This document shows positions 1-10,092 of a DNA stretch of 64,000 bases, piece by piece. The position numbers and the translations under genes were made by a program. Each line of letters starts with the position of its first letter. Within the stretch, counting starts at the first letter, position 1. The stretch comes from an uncultured Solirubrobacteraceae bacterium (GTDB taxonomy: Bacteria; Actinomycetota; Thermoleophilia; Solirubrobacterales; Solirubrobacteraceae), in assembly GCA_963843865.1 (NCBI GenBank), contig CAWJMO010000020.1, forward strand, positions 46,553-110,552. The letters are read 5' to 3'. Below the pieces are notes generated by a model. That model was given only the letters and a program-made list of their open reading frames with translations. It made no database searches and had not been told where the DNA came from.

Positions 1-694
1 AGGCGGCCTGCATCGAATACGACGAGGCCGGCTCGGCGCCGAACTCCACCGTACCCGCCATCCGGATGGTGCCCGGACCGGGCCACTGTCGATCCTTCGA
101 GGGCAGCGCGAGACTCTCGATCACGGACGTCGACGTCATTCGCACCGGGAGCTGCGCGCTGCTGCCCGGCTGCTCGGCCAGGGTACCCTGCATCGTCGCC
201 GACGAGGTGCCGTCCAGCACGTGGCGCGTGCCAAGGAGGCCGCTCACCGTGCGGTCGTCGGCGACGTCGATCGCCTGCGTGAACGACGGCGCCGTGACCG
301 TCCCGCTGAGGTGGCTGATCGTGCGGACCGACGCCGTGACACCGCGCCGGAACTCCGACTGCCGGCTGCCGCCGGCGTCGAAGAGGATGAACGAACGCTC
401 GAACGTCATGCCGTCGCTCGACAGCGTCCGGCACACGAAACTCTGCGAGGCGGCCTGATAGCCGCATCCCGCCGAAGTCGGCCTCGAGGGAGCCGACATG
501 AAGACGACCGGACCCGAAGGAACGAGCAGGGCGCCGAGCCCACTGAGGTCGGCGGGCGTCGCCTCGCCCAGCACGTCGTCGAGGCCGAGGAGGTCGCCGC
601 CGCTCGGCCCGGTGGCGTCGGCACAGCCGTGCAGGAGGGCGGCGGCGACGAGCAGTGCCGCCGCACGCGGGACATGACGGATCGGATGCCACAT
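1..694 (-). CDS. putative lipoprotein of unknown function; C-terminal part lies outside the window
   Basis: Uninterrupted minus-strand frame from ATG (complement of 692-694) to position 1. It is missing from the ORF track only because no stop is reached. N-terminus MWHPIRHVPRAAALLVAAALLHGCADATG has a lipobox-like LHGC. No family recognised. Confidence 0.4.
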   Translation of the reverse strand, partial: MWHPIRHVPRAAALLVAAALLHGCADATGPSGGDLLGLDDVLGEATPADLSGLGALLVPSGPVVFMSAPSRPTSAGCGYQAASQSFVCRTLSSDGMTFERSFILFDAGGSRQSEFRRGVTASVRTISHLSGTVTAPSFTQAIDVADDRTVSGLLGTRHVLDGTSSATMQGTLAEQPGSSAQLPVRMTSTSVIESLALPSKDRQWPGPGTIRMAGTVEFGAEPASSYSMQAA

Positions 695-791
695 CGAAGT
701 CACCAGGGTCGGAGCGATGGAGTCGAGTATACCGCGCTCCCTCCCGGGCGAAAGAGGGCGGACCGGCGGGAGACGCGACCTGCCGCCCGCG

Positions 792-2352
792 TCATCGGCA
801 CGCGGGTGCCGCGGCGAGCGACTCCTCGCGCCGCATCGGCTGCACGTCGAGATACTGCACGCCGGCCGGCACCGTCGGGTGCGAGCGTGATCGTCACCCG
901 CAGGTCGCCGTCGCGGCAGCGCATGCGCCAGCGTCCGCGCAGCGCGTTCTCCGCCACGATCGCGCCCTTCGCGACGGCAGTCGCCGCCCGCCTTCGCCAC
1001 CAGCGCCTCGATCGCCGCGCGCCGCCGCGGCTTCGATTCGTCGAGGTACAGGTTCATCGCGGCGATGCTGTCGGCGAGCGCGTCGCTCCACTGTGCTACG
1101 AGCCGCGGCGACCTGCGTCGCTGCGCTCCACGAGGATGGGCGCCGGGGTCGGCTCGCGCTGCACGAGTCCACCGGTGCGCGCGAGCGGCTCGAGCGCCTG
1201 CGTCGTCGGCCCGCCCCAGCCGGTGTAGGTGAGGTTGCCGAGCGCCACGATGCCGACGCCGTACTCGGGCAGCCAGCGCATCACCGACCCGAACCCCGGC
1301 AGCCCGCCGCTGTGCGCCACGATCGTCGGGAAGAGGCAGGTCTGGCGCACGCCGAGCCCGTAGCCGTAGCCGCCCGCGCTGAGCGACAGGGTGCCGGTGG
1401 CCGAGTCGCGCACCGCCGTCGCGCCGTTGAACCGGACCACCTGCTGCATCTCGCGCACGGACGACCGCCGCACCGGCCCGCGCTCGGCGCCGTCGCGCGG
1501 GGGCCAGGCGTCGAGCATGAACGCCGACCCACCGCCCGAGGTCGGCGATGGACGTGAGCATGCCGCCCATCGAGCCGAAGGCGCCGTCGGGCAGCTGTGC
1601 CTCCTCGAGCCACTTGCCGTCCTGCCGGCGATAGCCGTGCGCGAGCCGGCTCGCCGGGACCTGCGCCGCCTGGAGCGTGGTGGAGGTCATGCCGAGCGGC
1701 AGGAGGACCTGCTCGCGCACGTAGCGGGCATACGGCATCCCCGACACGTTGGCGACGATGCGGCCGAGGATCGCGAAGCCGAAGTTCGAGTACTCGTAGC
1801 TCGTGCCGGGCGACGTCGAGAACGGGATGCCGCCGCGGATCATCGCGCTCATCTCGGCGTCGGTGGCGGCGAGCTGCTGGTCGCCCCACGGATTGTCCTC
1901 GGGGAATCCGGCGGAGTGCGAGAGCAGGTGGCGGATCGTGATCTTCGGCGCGTCGGTCGTCGGGTAGCGCAGCCGCGTCAGCTCGGGGACGTACCTCTCC
2001 GCCGGATCGTCGAGCGACAGCCGGCCCTCGTCGCGCAGCTTGCAGGATGGCGAGCGCGGTGAAGCTCTTCGTCATCGACGCGATGCGGAACACGGTGCCG
2101 GTGTCCACCGGCGCGCCGGTCGCGACGTCGCGCAGTCCCGCGACGCCGACGTGCACGACGCGCCCGTCGACGACGATGCCGTACGCGATGCCCGGCACCT
2201 TCGCGCGCTCGGCGAACTCGCGCATCGTCCGGTCGATCTCGGGCATGGCGCGACATCAGCTTCGCCACGCGCGCCGGGTCGGCGAACGTCTGCGCGCGAA
2301 CCGGCGCAGCGAGCAGGACACAAAGCGCCAACGCGCCGAGACGACACTTCAT
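792..2352 (-). CDS. secreted serine hydrolase, beta-lactamase/PBP4* family (several frame breaks)
   Basis: Four minus-strand pieces join into one ~520-aa protein only after several 1-nt corrections. They are 1978-2367 (signal peptide MKCRLGALALCVLLAAPVRAQ), 1281-2246 (S-x-x-K motif SMTKSF), 1096-1518 (HSGGLPGF) and 700-957 (ENALRGRWRMRCRDGDLRVTITLAP). The stop at 792-794 is inferred after correction. Confidence 0.7.
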
Positions 2353-2397
2353 TCCGGATTCCCCCATGAAGATCGTTCACGTCTCACGACTCACCAC

Positions 2398-4064
2398 TCA
2401 CGTCTCGAGGGTCTCACGCCTCAGCCTTCTTCCCCTCCATCGCTCCAGCTCCCGCAGCCGTGCCTCCAGCGCGGCGAGCGCATCGGAAGCGGGGCGCCGC
2501 ACCGGTCGGTCGCAGGGGCCGCGACGGTTCCGCCCGGCGTCGGGATCGCGACCAGCGGCGTGCGCCTGGGGAGGGACGCGCTCGCAACGCCGTCGCCCGG
2601 CCGCGCGCCGCGCATGGAGAGCCGCAGGAACGCCCGTCCCACCGGCCCGAGCCAGACCCGGCTGAACAGCCGCTCGCCCGGCGTCATCCGGAAGGGGCTC
2701 TTCAGGACCAGGACGGCGCTTACCCCGAAGAGGACGAGTCCCGTGAACACGAGCACGATGCCGAGCGGCGGCGTCGAGTACTGCCGGGGACCGACGCGCA
2801 CGCGAGTATGGTAGGCCACCACCACCATCAGCACCGACGTCACGAGCGCGAGCAATCCCCAGCGTACCGCGGCGCGCCGCCGCCGCCGCGTGCGCAGGTC
2901 GGCGCGCAACTCGGCACGGCGCGACGACCGCTCCTGCATCACGAGCGACAGTCCGCGCATCACCTCCTCGGGCGAGAATCCCGATTCGGCGAGTCGATGC
3001 GCCTCGCTCATCGTGGTGAGCGTGCGCGCGATGAGGACGCCGAGCAGGCCCATTACCGGGATGAGGATGTCGAGGTCGCTCATGTTGGCGCGCATCTGCA
3101 TGCGCACCACGAGCCAGATGGCGAAGAGCAGCCCGGCCACGACCATCGAGAAGGTGCCGAGCTCTCCCGCGAGCAGCCGGACGGCGAGCGGGATCTCGGG
3201 CTCCGCGAGCTGCGCCGCGTCGATCTCCTCCACGAGCGCCTCGGCCGACTGGAACCGCTCGGCCGGATCCTTCCGCACGCACCGATCGATCGCGTCGGCC
3301 AGCGCGCGCGGCAGGTCGGGGCGCAGCTGCGCGACCGAGGCCAGCGCCTCGGTGATCTGGCGCGTGAGGATCTTCTGCGTGTTGTCGCCGGTGACGGCGG
3401 GCCGGCCCACGGCGGCGAACCAGGCGACGAGGCCGAGCGCGTAGAGATCGCTGCGTCCGTCCACGACGTCGCCCGTCGCCTGCTCGGGGCTCATGTATTC
3501 CGGGGTGCCGACCACCTCGCCCACGCGCGTGAGTCCGGCCGTCGTCGTGACGGCGTGGGTCATGGAGCGCGAGATGCCGAAGTCGAGCACGAGCGCGCGG
3601 CCGGTGGCGCGCTCGACCATGATGTTGTCGGGCTTGATGTCGCGATGCACGACGCCGCGTCCGTGCGCGTAGGCGAGCGCGTACGCGGCGTCCTGGATGA
3701 CGCGCACGAGCTCGCGCACGGGGAGCGGCCCGGCGCGCGCGACGCGCTCGGTGAGCGTCTCCCCTTCCACGAGTCCCATGGCGTACGCGAGGTGGCCGTC
3801 GCCCTCCTCCACCGCGTACACCGGCACGATGTTGGGATGGGAGAAGCTCGCCGCCGTGCGCGTCTCCCGAAGAAACCGGTCGCGCAGCCCGGCCTGCGAC
3901 GCGAACTCGGGCGGCAGCACCTTGAGCGCCACGGCGCGGTCGAGCTTGAGGTCGCGCGCGAGATACACGGCGCCCATCCCGCCGCGGCCCAGCTCGCGCT
4001 CGAGCCGGTAGCGGTCGCCGAGCGATCGGCGGAGGGACTCGAGGGCGGCGTCGAGGGGCGTCAC
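2398..4064 (-). CDS. Ser/Thr protein kinase with a C-terminal four-helix membrane domain
   Basis: Motifs GRGGMGAVYLA, VALK, HRDIKPDN, DFGISR and GTPEYMSPE. GTG (complement of 4062-4064) is the first in-frame start before the kinase domain. Hydrophobic stretches FSMVVAGLLFAIWLVV, ILIPVMGLLGVLIA, WGLLALVTSVLMVVVA and LGIVLVFTGLVLFGVSAVLVL follow. The tail continues in the 2398-3282 frame (ALAALEARLRELERW), so there is one frame break near 2520. Confidence 0.85.
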
Positions 4065-4165
4065 GCCACGAATATGGGTGCCGCTGGCGGGGATGGCTAC
4101 TCGTCTTGCCGGAAATCCGTTGGAAGGCCTGTCACGCGCGCGGGCATGCCTGAGTGGCCCGCCAG

Positions 4166-4890
4166 TCAACCCCGACGCGATCGGGATTCGGCGACGACGG
4201 TGCGCATCCCATCGAGCGTCGTGACGAAGCGCGACCGCCATCCGGACGCCTGCTCGAGCTTGCGACTCGACACGCGCTGCGACCGCGACAGCGTTTCGCC
4301 TGGCGCGCCGGCGATGCGGCCCAGCCATGCCGGCATGAACCGTGGCGGGCGAACGCCGAGCAGCGTCGCGAGTCCGCCGGCCAGCTCGCGCCGGCGCATC
4401 GGCTGGCGCTCCACGACGTTGTAGGTGCCGGCCGGCACGCCGAGCGAGGCGCACGACGGCCGACGCGGCATCCTCGTGCGAGATGAAGGCGAGGTAGCCC
4501 TCCGGCGCGCCGAAGAAGGGCGACCAGCCGGGGCGCACGGTGTCGATCATCTGCTGTCGTGAAGGGATCGCCAGGACCGTAGAAGAGACCGAAGCGCAGC
4601 ACGACGCCCGTCCTCCCCGCGCGCGTGAACCGCGCCGCGCTCTCCTCGGCGGCGAGCACGGAGCGGTTGTAGCGCGCGCTCCGGATGGCAGAAGACTCGT
4701 CGATCCAGCGCTCGCCCGCGTCGGCATAGATCGGCGCGAACGACTCCTGGACGAACCGCTGCACCGTGCCGCCGGTGAGTGCCGCGTCCACGAGAGTGGC
4801 GGAGACCTGGCGCCGCACCCGATCCATGTCGCGCCACGCCCAGGGCAGCAGCGCGCGCCACGGCGGGCTGGGCACCGCCGTGGCTGCAGT
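4166..4890 (-). pseudogene. NAD-dependent epimerase/dehydratase (SDR) family, 5'-truncated; Rossmann N-terminus missing
   Basis: The C-terminal ~230 aa are spread over three minus frames: TLVDAALTGGTVQRFVQESF...RFGLFYGPG, then QQMIDTVRPGWSPFFGAPEGYLAFISHEDAASAVV, then GTYNVVERQPMRRRELAGGLATLLG. No GxxGxxG segment or start codon lies upstream before the junction near 4.9 kb. Confidence 0.6.
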
Positions 4891-4919
4891 AGGAGCGGGA
4901 GAAGGCCTGGCGGGAGGCC

Positions 4920-5583
4920 GGGACGTCGCGGCCCATCACGGTCGTCGGGAACCCGGTGCTGCACAAGGAGTGCAGGGACGTCACCGACTTCGGCGAGGAG
5001 CTGCAGCAGCTGGTCGCGGACATGTTCGCCAGCCAGCGCACCGCCGAGGGCGTGGGCCTGGCCGCCAACCAGATCGGCGTCGACCTGAAGGTCTTCGTCT
5101 ACGACTGCATGGACGACGAGGGCGAGCGGCACGTCGGCGTCGTCTGCAACCCCGAGGTGCGTCGACCTGCCCGCCGACCGGCGCCGCCTGGACGACAGCA
5201 ACGAGGGCTGTCTGTCGGTGCCCACCGCGTACGCGCCGCTCGCCCGCCCGGACTACGCCGAGGTGACCGGGCAGGACGAGAAGGGCAACCCGATCAAGGT
5301 TCGCGGCACCGGCTACTTCGCCCGGTGTTTGCAGCACGAGACCGACCACCTGTACGGCTACCTCTACATCGACCGGCTGTCCAAGCGCGAGCGCAAGGAC
5401 GCGCTGCGGCAGATGGCCGAGAACGAGCCCCGCTACCCCGTGGTCGCCGAACGACTGAGGTCGCACGACCCTCACGCGCCGACCACAACTCCCTTACGCA
5501 CGGCGCCTGTTCAGGTGCACCTCCCTGACCAGGCGCCGTTCGTCGTGTCCGTCGCACGTTCGATCGGATGTGTGCTCGCGTAG
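4920..5583 (+). CDS. def: peptide deformylase; no start codon remains at its 5' end; one frame break
   Basis: [18 protein letters not shown]..., [17 protein letters not shown] (after a frame break near 5200) and QHETDHL. The in-frame region opens after a TAG at 4890-4892 with no ATG/GTG before the conserved N-terminus. Third-position GC falls after about 5455, and a TGA at 5456-5458 in another frame may be the true stop. Confidence 0.8.
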
Positions 5584-5761
5584 TGATCCAGAATCAGTCA
5601 CGCAAGGGGAGATTCTCGGCACTGTGGGGTAGTGAATGGAGCAAATCCGTTCCCAGAACGGTCAGTTGTGGTGCTGAATGGGAAGTGCGGGGATACGCAA
5701 CGGCGCACGCCCGGCACAGCGGGAGGGGCGTGCGCAACTGGCGGCTGAGAGGGGTTTGTTC

Positions 5762-6852
5762 GTGCCTGCTTTCCCACACAGCACCACATCGACACCGACG
5801 GCGATCGCGGTTCCACCGTCGCTCTCTCTCCCGGTGATCGAGGCAGCGTTTCCCCGGCAACTGCATCCGTATTGGCCCAGGCTCCAGGAGAAGACCCGTA
5901 CCTGGCTGCTGGAAAAACGGCTCATGCCGGCGGACAAGGTGGAGGAATATGCCGACGGACTTTGCTACACCGACCTCATGGCGGGGTACTACCTCGGCGC
6001 CCCCGACGAGGTCCTCCAGGCGATAGCGGACTACAGCGCGTGGTTCTTCGTCTGGGACGACCGCCACGACCGCGACATCGTGCACGGCCGGCCGGCCGCC
6101 TGGCGGCGGCTCAGGTTCCGCCTGCACGAGGCTCTCGACTCCCCCGAGCACCACCTGCACCACGAGGACCCCCTGGTCGCGGGCGTTCGCGGACAGCATG
6201 GTGCGGCTGTACTCGTTCCTGCCGCGGCACCTGGAACGCCCGGTTCGCCCGGCACTTCCACGCGGTGATCGAGGCGTACGACCGGGAGTTCCGCAACCGC
6301 ACCGAAGGGATCGTCCCCACGGTCGAGGAATACCTCGCAGCTGCGCCGGCTCACCTTCGCGCACTGGATCTGGACCGATCTGCTGGAGCCGAGCGCGGGC
6401 TGTGAACTCCCGGACTGCGTGCGGAAACACCCGGCATATCGGCGGGCGGCGCTGCTGAGCCAGGAATTCGCCGCCTGGTACAACGACCTCTGCTCGCTCC
6501 CCAAGGAAATCGCGGGCGACGAGGTGCACAATCTCGGAATCAGCCTCATCAAACACGAGGGGCTGACCCTCGAAGAAGCGGTCGCCGAAGTGAGGCGGCG
6601 CGTCGAGGAATGCATCGCCGAATTCCTCGTCGCCGAACAGGACGCCTTACGTCTCGCCGACAGCCTCGCCGACGGCACCGTGCGGGGAAAGGAACTCGAG
6701 TGCCGCCGTGCAGTGCCTGCGTCGGCAATATGCGGAACTGGTTCGCGACCGTCTACTGGTTCCACCACGAGTCCGGCCGCTACATGGTCGACAGCTGGGA
6801 CGACCGGTCCACGCCCCCGTACGTCAACAACGAAGCGGCAGGTGAGAAATGA
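5762..6852 (+). CDS. cyc1: epi-isozizaene synthase (sesquiterpene cyclase); at least four frame breaks
   Basis: Pieces in the 5678-6268, 6198-6458, 5872-6405, 6419-6907 and 6610-6852 frames read almost residue for residue like the S. coelicolor SCO5222 protein as I remember it. Examples are VPAFPHSTTSTPTAIAVPPSLSLPVIEAAFPRQLHPYWP, FFVWDDRHD, NDLCSLPKE and [34 protein letters not shown] start at 5762. Confidence 0.9.
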
Positions 6853-8232
6853 CCGTCGAGTCGGTGAAGCCCGAACCGCAGATATATGCGGAGTCGGAGC
6901 TGCGTGAGCCGCCCCTCGCCGGCGGCGCGGGTCCCGGTCCTCGGCCACGGCCTGAAGCTGGTGCGCGACCCGCTCGCCTTCATGTCCGGGCTGCGCGACC
7001 ACGGCGACGTCGTACGGCTCAGGCTCGGCCCCAAGACGGTGTACGCCGCCCACCACGCCGGAGCTCACCGGAGCCCTGGCGCTGAACCCCGACTTCAACA
7101 TCGACGGCCCGCTGTGGGAGTCCCTGGAGGGACTGCTCGGCAAGGAGGGCGTGGCGACCGCCAACGGGCCCCCGCCACCGGCGCCAACGGCGCACCATCC
7201 AGCCCGCGTTCCGGCTCGACGCGATCCCCGCGTACGGGCCGATCATGGAGGAGGAGGCGCATGCGCTGACCGAGCGCTGGCGGTCCGGCGAGACGATCGA
7301 CTGCACCTCCGAGTCCTTCCGCGTCGCCGTGCGCATCGCGGCCCGCTGTCTGCTGCGCGGCGACTACATGGACGAGCGCGCCGAGCGGCTGTGCGTCGCC
7401 CTCGCCACCGTCTTCCGCGGGCATGTACCGGCGGATGGTGGTACCCGCTCGGGCCGCTGTACAGGCTGCCGCTGCCGGCCAACCGCAAATTCAACCGGGC
7501 GCTGGCCGATTTGCATCTCCTCGTCGACGAGATCGTCGCCGAGCGCCGGGCATCTGGTCAAAAGCCGGACGATTTGCTGACGGCATTGCTGGAGGCGAAG
7601 GACGAGAATGGCGACCCCATCGGGGAACAGGAGATCCACGACCAGGTCGTCGCGATAGTCACCCCCGGCAGCGAAACCGTCGCGTCCACGATCATGTGGC
7701 TGCTCCAGGTCCTCGCGGAACACCCGGAACACGCCGACAAGGTGCGCGACGAAGTCGAATCGGTCACCGGCGGCCGACCGGTCGCATTCGAGGACGTCCG
7801 CAAGCTCAGGCACACCAACAATGTCGTCGTCGAGGCCATGCGTTTGCGGCCCGCCGTATGGATATTGACGCGGCGGGCGGTGGCCGACACCGAACTCGGT
7901 GGCTATCGCATTCCGGCCGGGGCCGACATCGTCTACAGCCCGTACGCGATCCAGCGCGATCCGAAGTCGTACACCGGACAACCTGGAGTTCGACCCCGAC
8001 CGCTGGCTTCCGGAACGGGTCAAGGACGTGCCGAAACACGCCATGAGTCCGTTCAGCACGGGCAATCGCAAGTGCCCCAGCGACCACTTCTCGATGGCCC
8101 AGCTGACCCTGATCACGGCGGCGGTGGCGACGCAGGTACCGCTTCGAGCAGGTGGCCGGGTCCGACGACGCGACCCGCGTGGGCATCACGCTGCGCCCGC
8201 AGAGGCTGCTGCTGAAGCCGGTGCCGAGGTGA
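6849..8232 (+). CDS. cyp170A1: cytochrome P450 CYP170A1 (albaflavenone monooxygenase); several frame breaks
   Basis: The ATG at 6849 overlaps the cyc1 stop (ATGA). MTVESV..., [25 protein letters not shown], ExxR-region [12 protein letters not shown] and heme loop [13 protein letters not shown]. The C-terminus [16 protein letters not shown] ends at TGA 8230-8232. Confidence 0.9.
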
Positions 8233-8236
8233 GCGG

Positions 8237-9206
8237 TCAGGCCGCTTCCGGTCCCCTGAACGTGCGGCGGTAGGCGTTCGGGGTGGTGCCCGATCGCCCG
8301 GACGAACTGGTGGCGCAGCGCGGCCGCGTTGCCGAACCCCGTTCGGCCGGCGATCGCGTCCACCGTCTCGTCCGTCGCCTCCAGCAACCGCTGGGCCAGC
8401 AGCACGCGTTGGCGCAGGATCCAGCGGTAGGGAGTGGTCCCCGTCTCCTGCTGGAAGCGGCGGGCGAAGGTGCGCGGTGACATGTGCGCGCGCTCGGCGA
8501 GCTGCTCGACGGTGACCTCCTCGTCGAGGTGCCGCTCCATCCACACCAGCACCTCGCCGACCGTGTCGCACTGCGAGCGGGGCAGCGGGCGCTCGATGTA
8601 CTGCGCCTGCCCGCCGTCCCGGTGCGGCGGCACCACCATGCGCCGGGCGATCTTGTTGGCGACCTCCGGGCCCTGCTCCTTGCGCACGATGTGCAGACAG
8701 GCGTCGATGCCGGCGGCGGTGCCCGCGGAGGTGATCACCGGGTCCTCGTCGACGTACAGGACGTCCGGCTCGACGGTCGGCCGCGGGTACGCCAGCGCCA
8801 GCTGCGTCCGCGTGCGTGCCAGTGCACGGCGCAGCGCCGGCCGTCCAGCAGCCCGGCCGCGGCGAGCACGAAGACGCCGGAGCAGACGCTGAGCACCCGG
8901 GCCCCGCGGTCGACCGCCGCGCCGCAGGGCGTCGAGCAGCTCGGGCGGAAACTCCCGGGTCCCGTAGCAGCGCGCCGGCCGGTACGGCGATCAGGTCGGC
9001 CTCCTCCAGCCGCTCCAGGCCGTGCTCGACGTGCATGGAGAAGCCCGCGCTGCGTGGTCAGCGCCGGGCCCTCGGCCGAGGCGACCGCGAAGTCGTACAC
9101 GGGCAGTCCGTCGTCGCTGCGGTCGAGTGCCGAACACCTCGCAGACGACGCCGAGTTCGAAGGGATTCACGCCGTCCAGCACGACGGCGGCAACGTTCTT
9201 CAGCAT
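8237..9206 (-). CDS. GlxA-type AraC family regulator (DJ-1/PfpI domain + AraC HTH), possibly the nrdS equivalent; frame breaks
   Basis: [26 protein letters not shown] (start is the complement of 9204-9206). DJ-1-like segment [20 protein letters not shown] segment [34 protein letters not shown]. The end ...[11 protein letters not shown] stops at the complement of 8237-8239 after a correction near 8285. Confidence 0.75.
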
Positions 9207-9276
9207 GCTCGCCAGTGTGCCTCGACATTGGCAGTAAATCGAGGGTCTACGGCAGTCCTGCCACTGTTTGTAAGGA

Positions 9277-9525
9277 GTGAACGGGGCGACAGTGGTGTCT
9301 ATGGATACGGCACACATCGAAGGACTGATCGGAATGCTGACCGTTCTCGCCATCCTCGTCGTCCTGGTCCTCCCGTCGGTGATCGGCATCGCGCACGACC
9401 GTCGTATCGACCGTCAGATCCGCGAGGCCGACCGCGCCCGCCGGGAGGCCGCGGGCCACGGGACCACGGAGCGCCCCGCGCCGAGGCGGCACTACCTCAC
9501 CACGACGGTGACCCACCACTCCTGA
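9277..9525 (+). CDS. small single-pass membrane protein, hypothetical
   Basis: 82-aa ORF with one hydrophobic helix (LIGMLTVLAILVVLVLPSVIGIA) and a charged tail. AAGGAG at 9272-9277. The start is uncertain (GTG 9277/9292/9295 or ATG 9301). Confidence 0.35.
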   Translation: MNGATVVSMDTAHIEGLIGMLTVLAILVVLVLPSVIGIAHDRRIDRQIREADRARREAAGHGTTERPAPRRHYLTTTVTHHS

Positions 9526-9972
9526 ATCCCCAGGCACGAGACCCGGCCCGTCCGGGCGGCGCACAGCGGCCGCGTGGACGTGAGCCGGGTCTTTCCCGTC
9601 GACACCGCCTTGAAGGCGGCGCTCGCGTCGCCGCGCTGCAGGACGATCCCGCTGTTGGCGGGTTCAGCCGGAGCCGTCGGCGGACAGGGGCTTCCAGGGC
9701 CGCTCGGCGGTTCCGTCCAAGGTGATGCGGACGGTGTCGCCCACCGCCAGGCACACACTCCGGCCGCTGTCCGTGGCGCCGAGCGTCGAGACCTGCGTGC
9801 AGCCCGTGGGGCTCGTCGTCGGGCTCGGCGGCCGGGTCCTCGTGGAGGTGGGGGAGGACGACACGTCGGTGCTGTCGCCGCCCTTGCCGCTGTCGCTCTG
9901 GCTGCCGCAGCCGGCGAGGACAAGGGTGAGTGCCGCGATGGCGAGGGTCGTGCGGCGGATCGTTCGACGCAT
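9492..9972 (-). CDS. lipoprotein, unknown function (one frame break)
   Basis: MRRTIRRTTLAIAALTLVLAGCGSQ (lipobox LAGC) followed by a Ser/Thr/Pro-rich linker. The protein continues in the 9492-9923 frame (IVLQRGDASAAFKAVSTGKTRLTSTRPLC...WWVTVVVR). Confidence 0.5.
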
Positions 9973-10092
9973 GGGGGGCCTCCTCTCCCTTCTGACGTGT
10001 CACCCGCTCTCCGGATCCCGAAGCCGGGCCCCGGCCGCGAAGACGGCGACCGGGCCCCGGGGTCGTGCGGGACGGTGCGGGGTCGAGCGGGA

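Noticed and set aside
66-1557. Plus-strand ORFs 66-458, 221-1228 and 655-1557
   Set aside because: They are antisense to the lipoprotein and serine hydrolase genes. The sequences are Arg-rich nonsense with no support.
2421-5225. 934-aa minus-strand ORF offered by the track as one protein
   Set aside because: Only the part downstream of the GTG at 4064 is the kinase. Upstream it reads through the intergenic region, one frame of the truncated epimerase gene, and antisense def. High GC simply removes stop codons.
5584-5761. Possible regulatory RNA upstream of cyc1
   Set aside because: The region is lower in GC than its surroundings, as expected for a promoter/leader. I could not identify a conserved structure or known motif.
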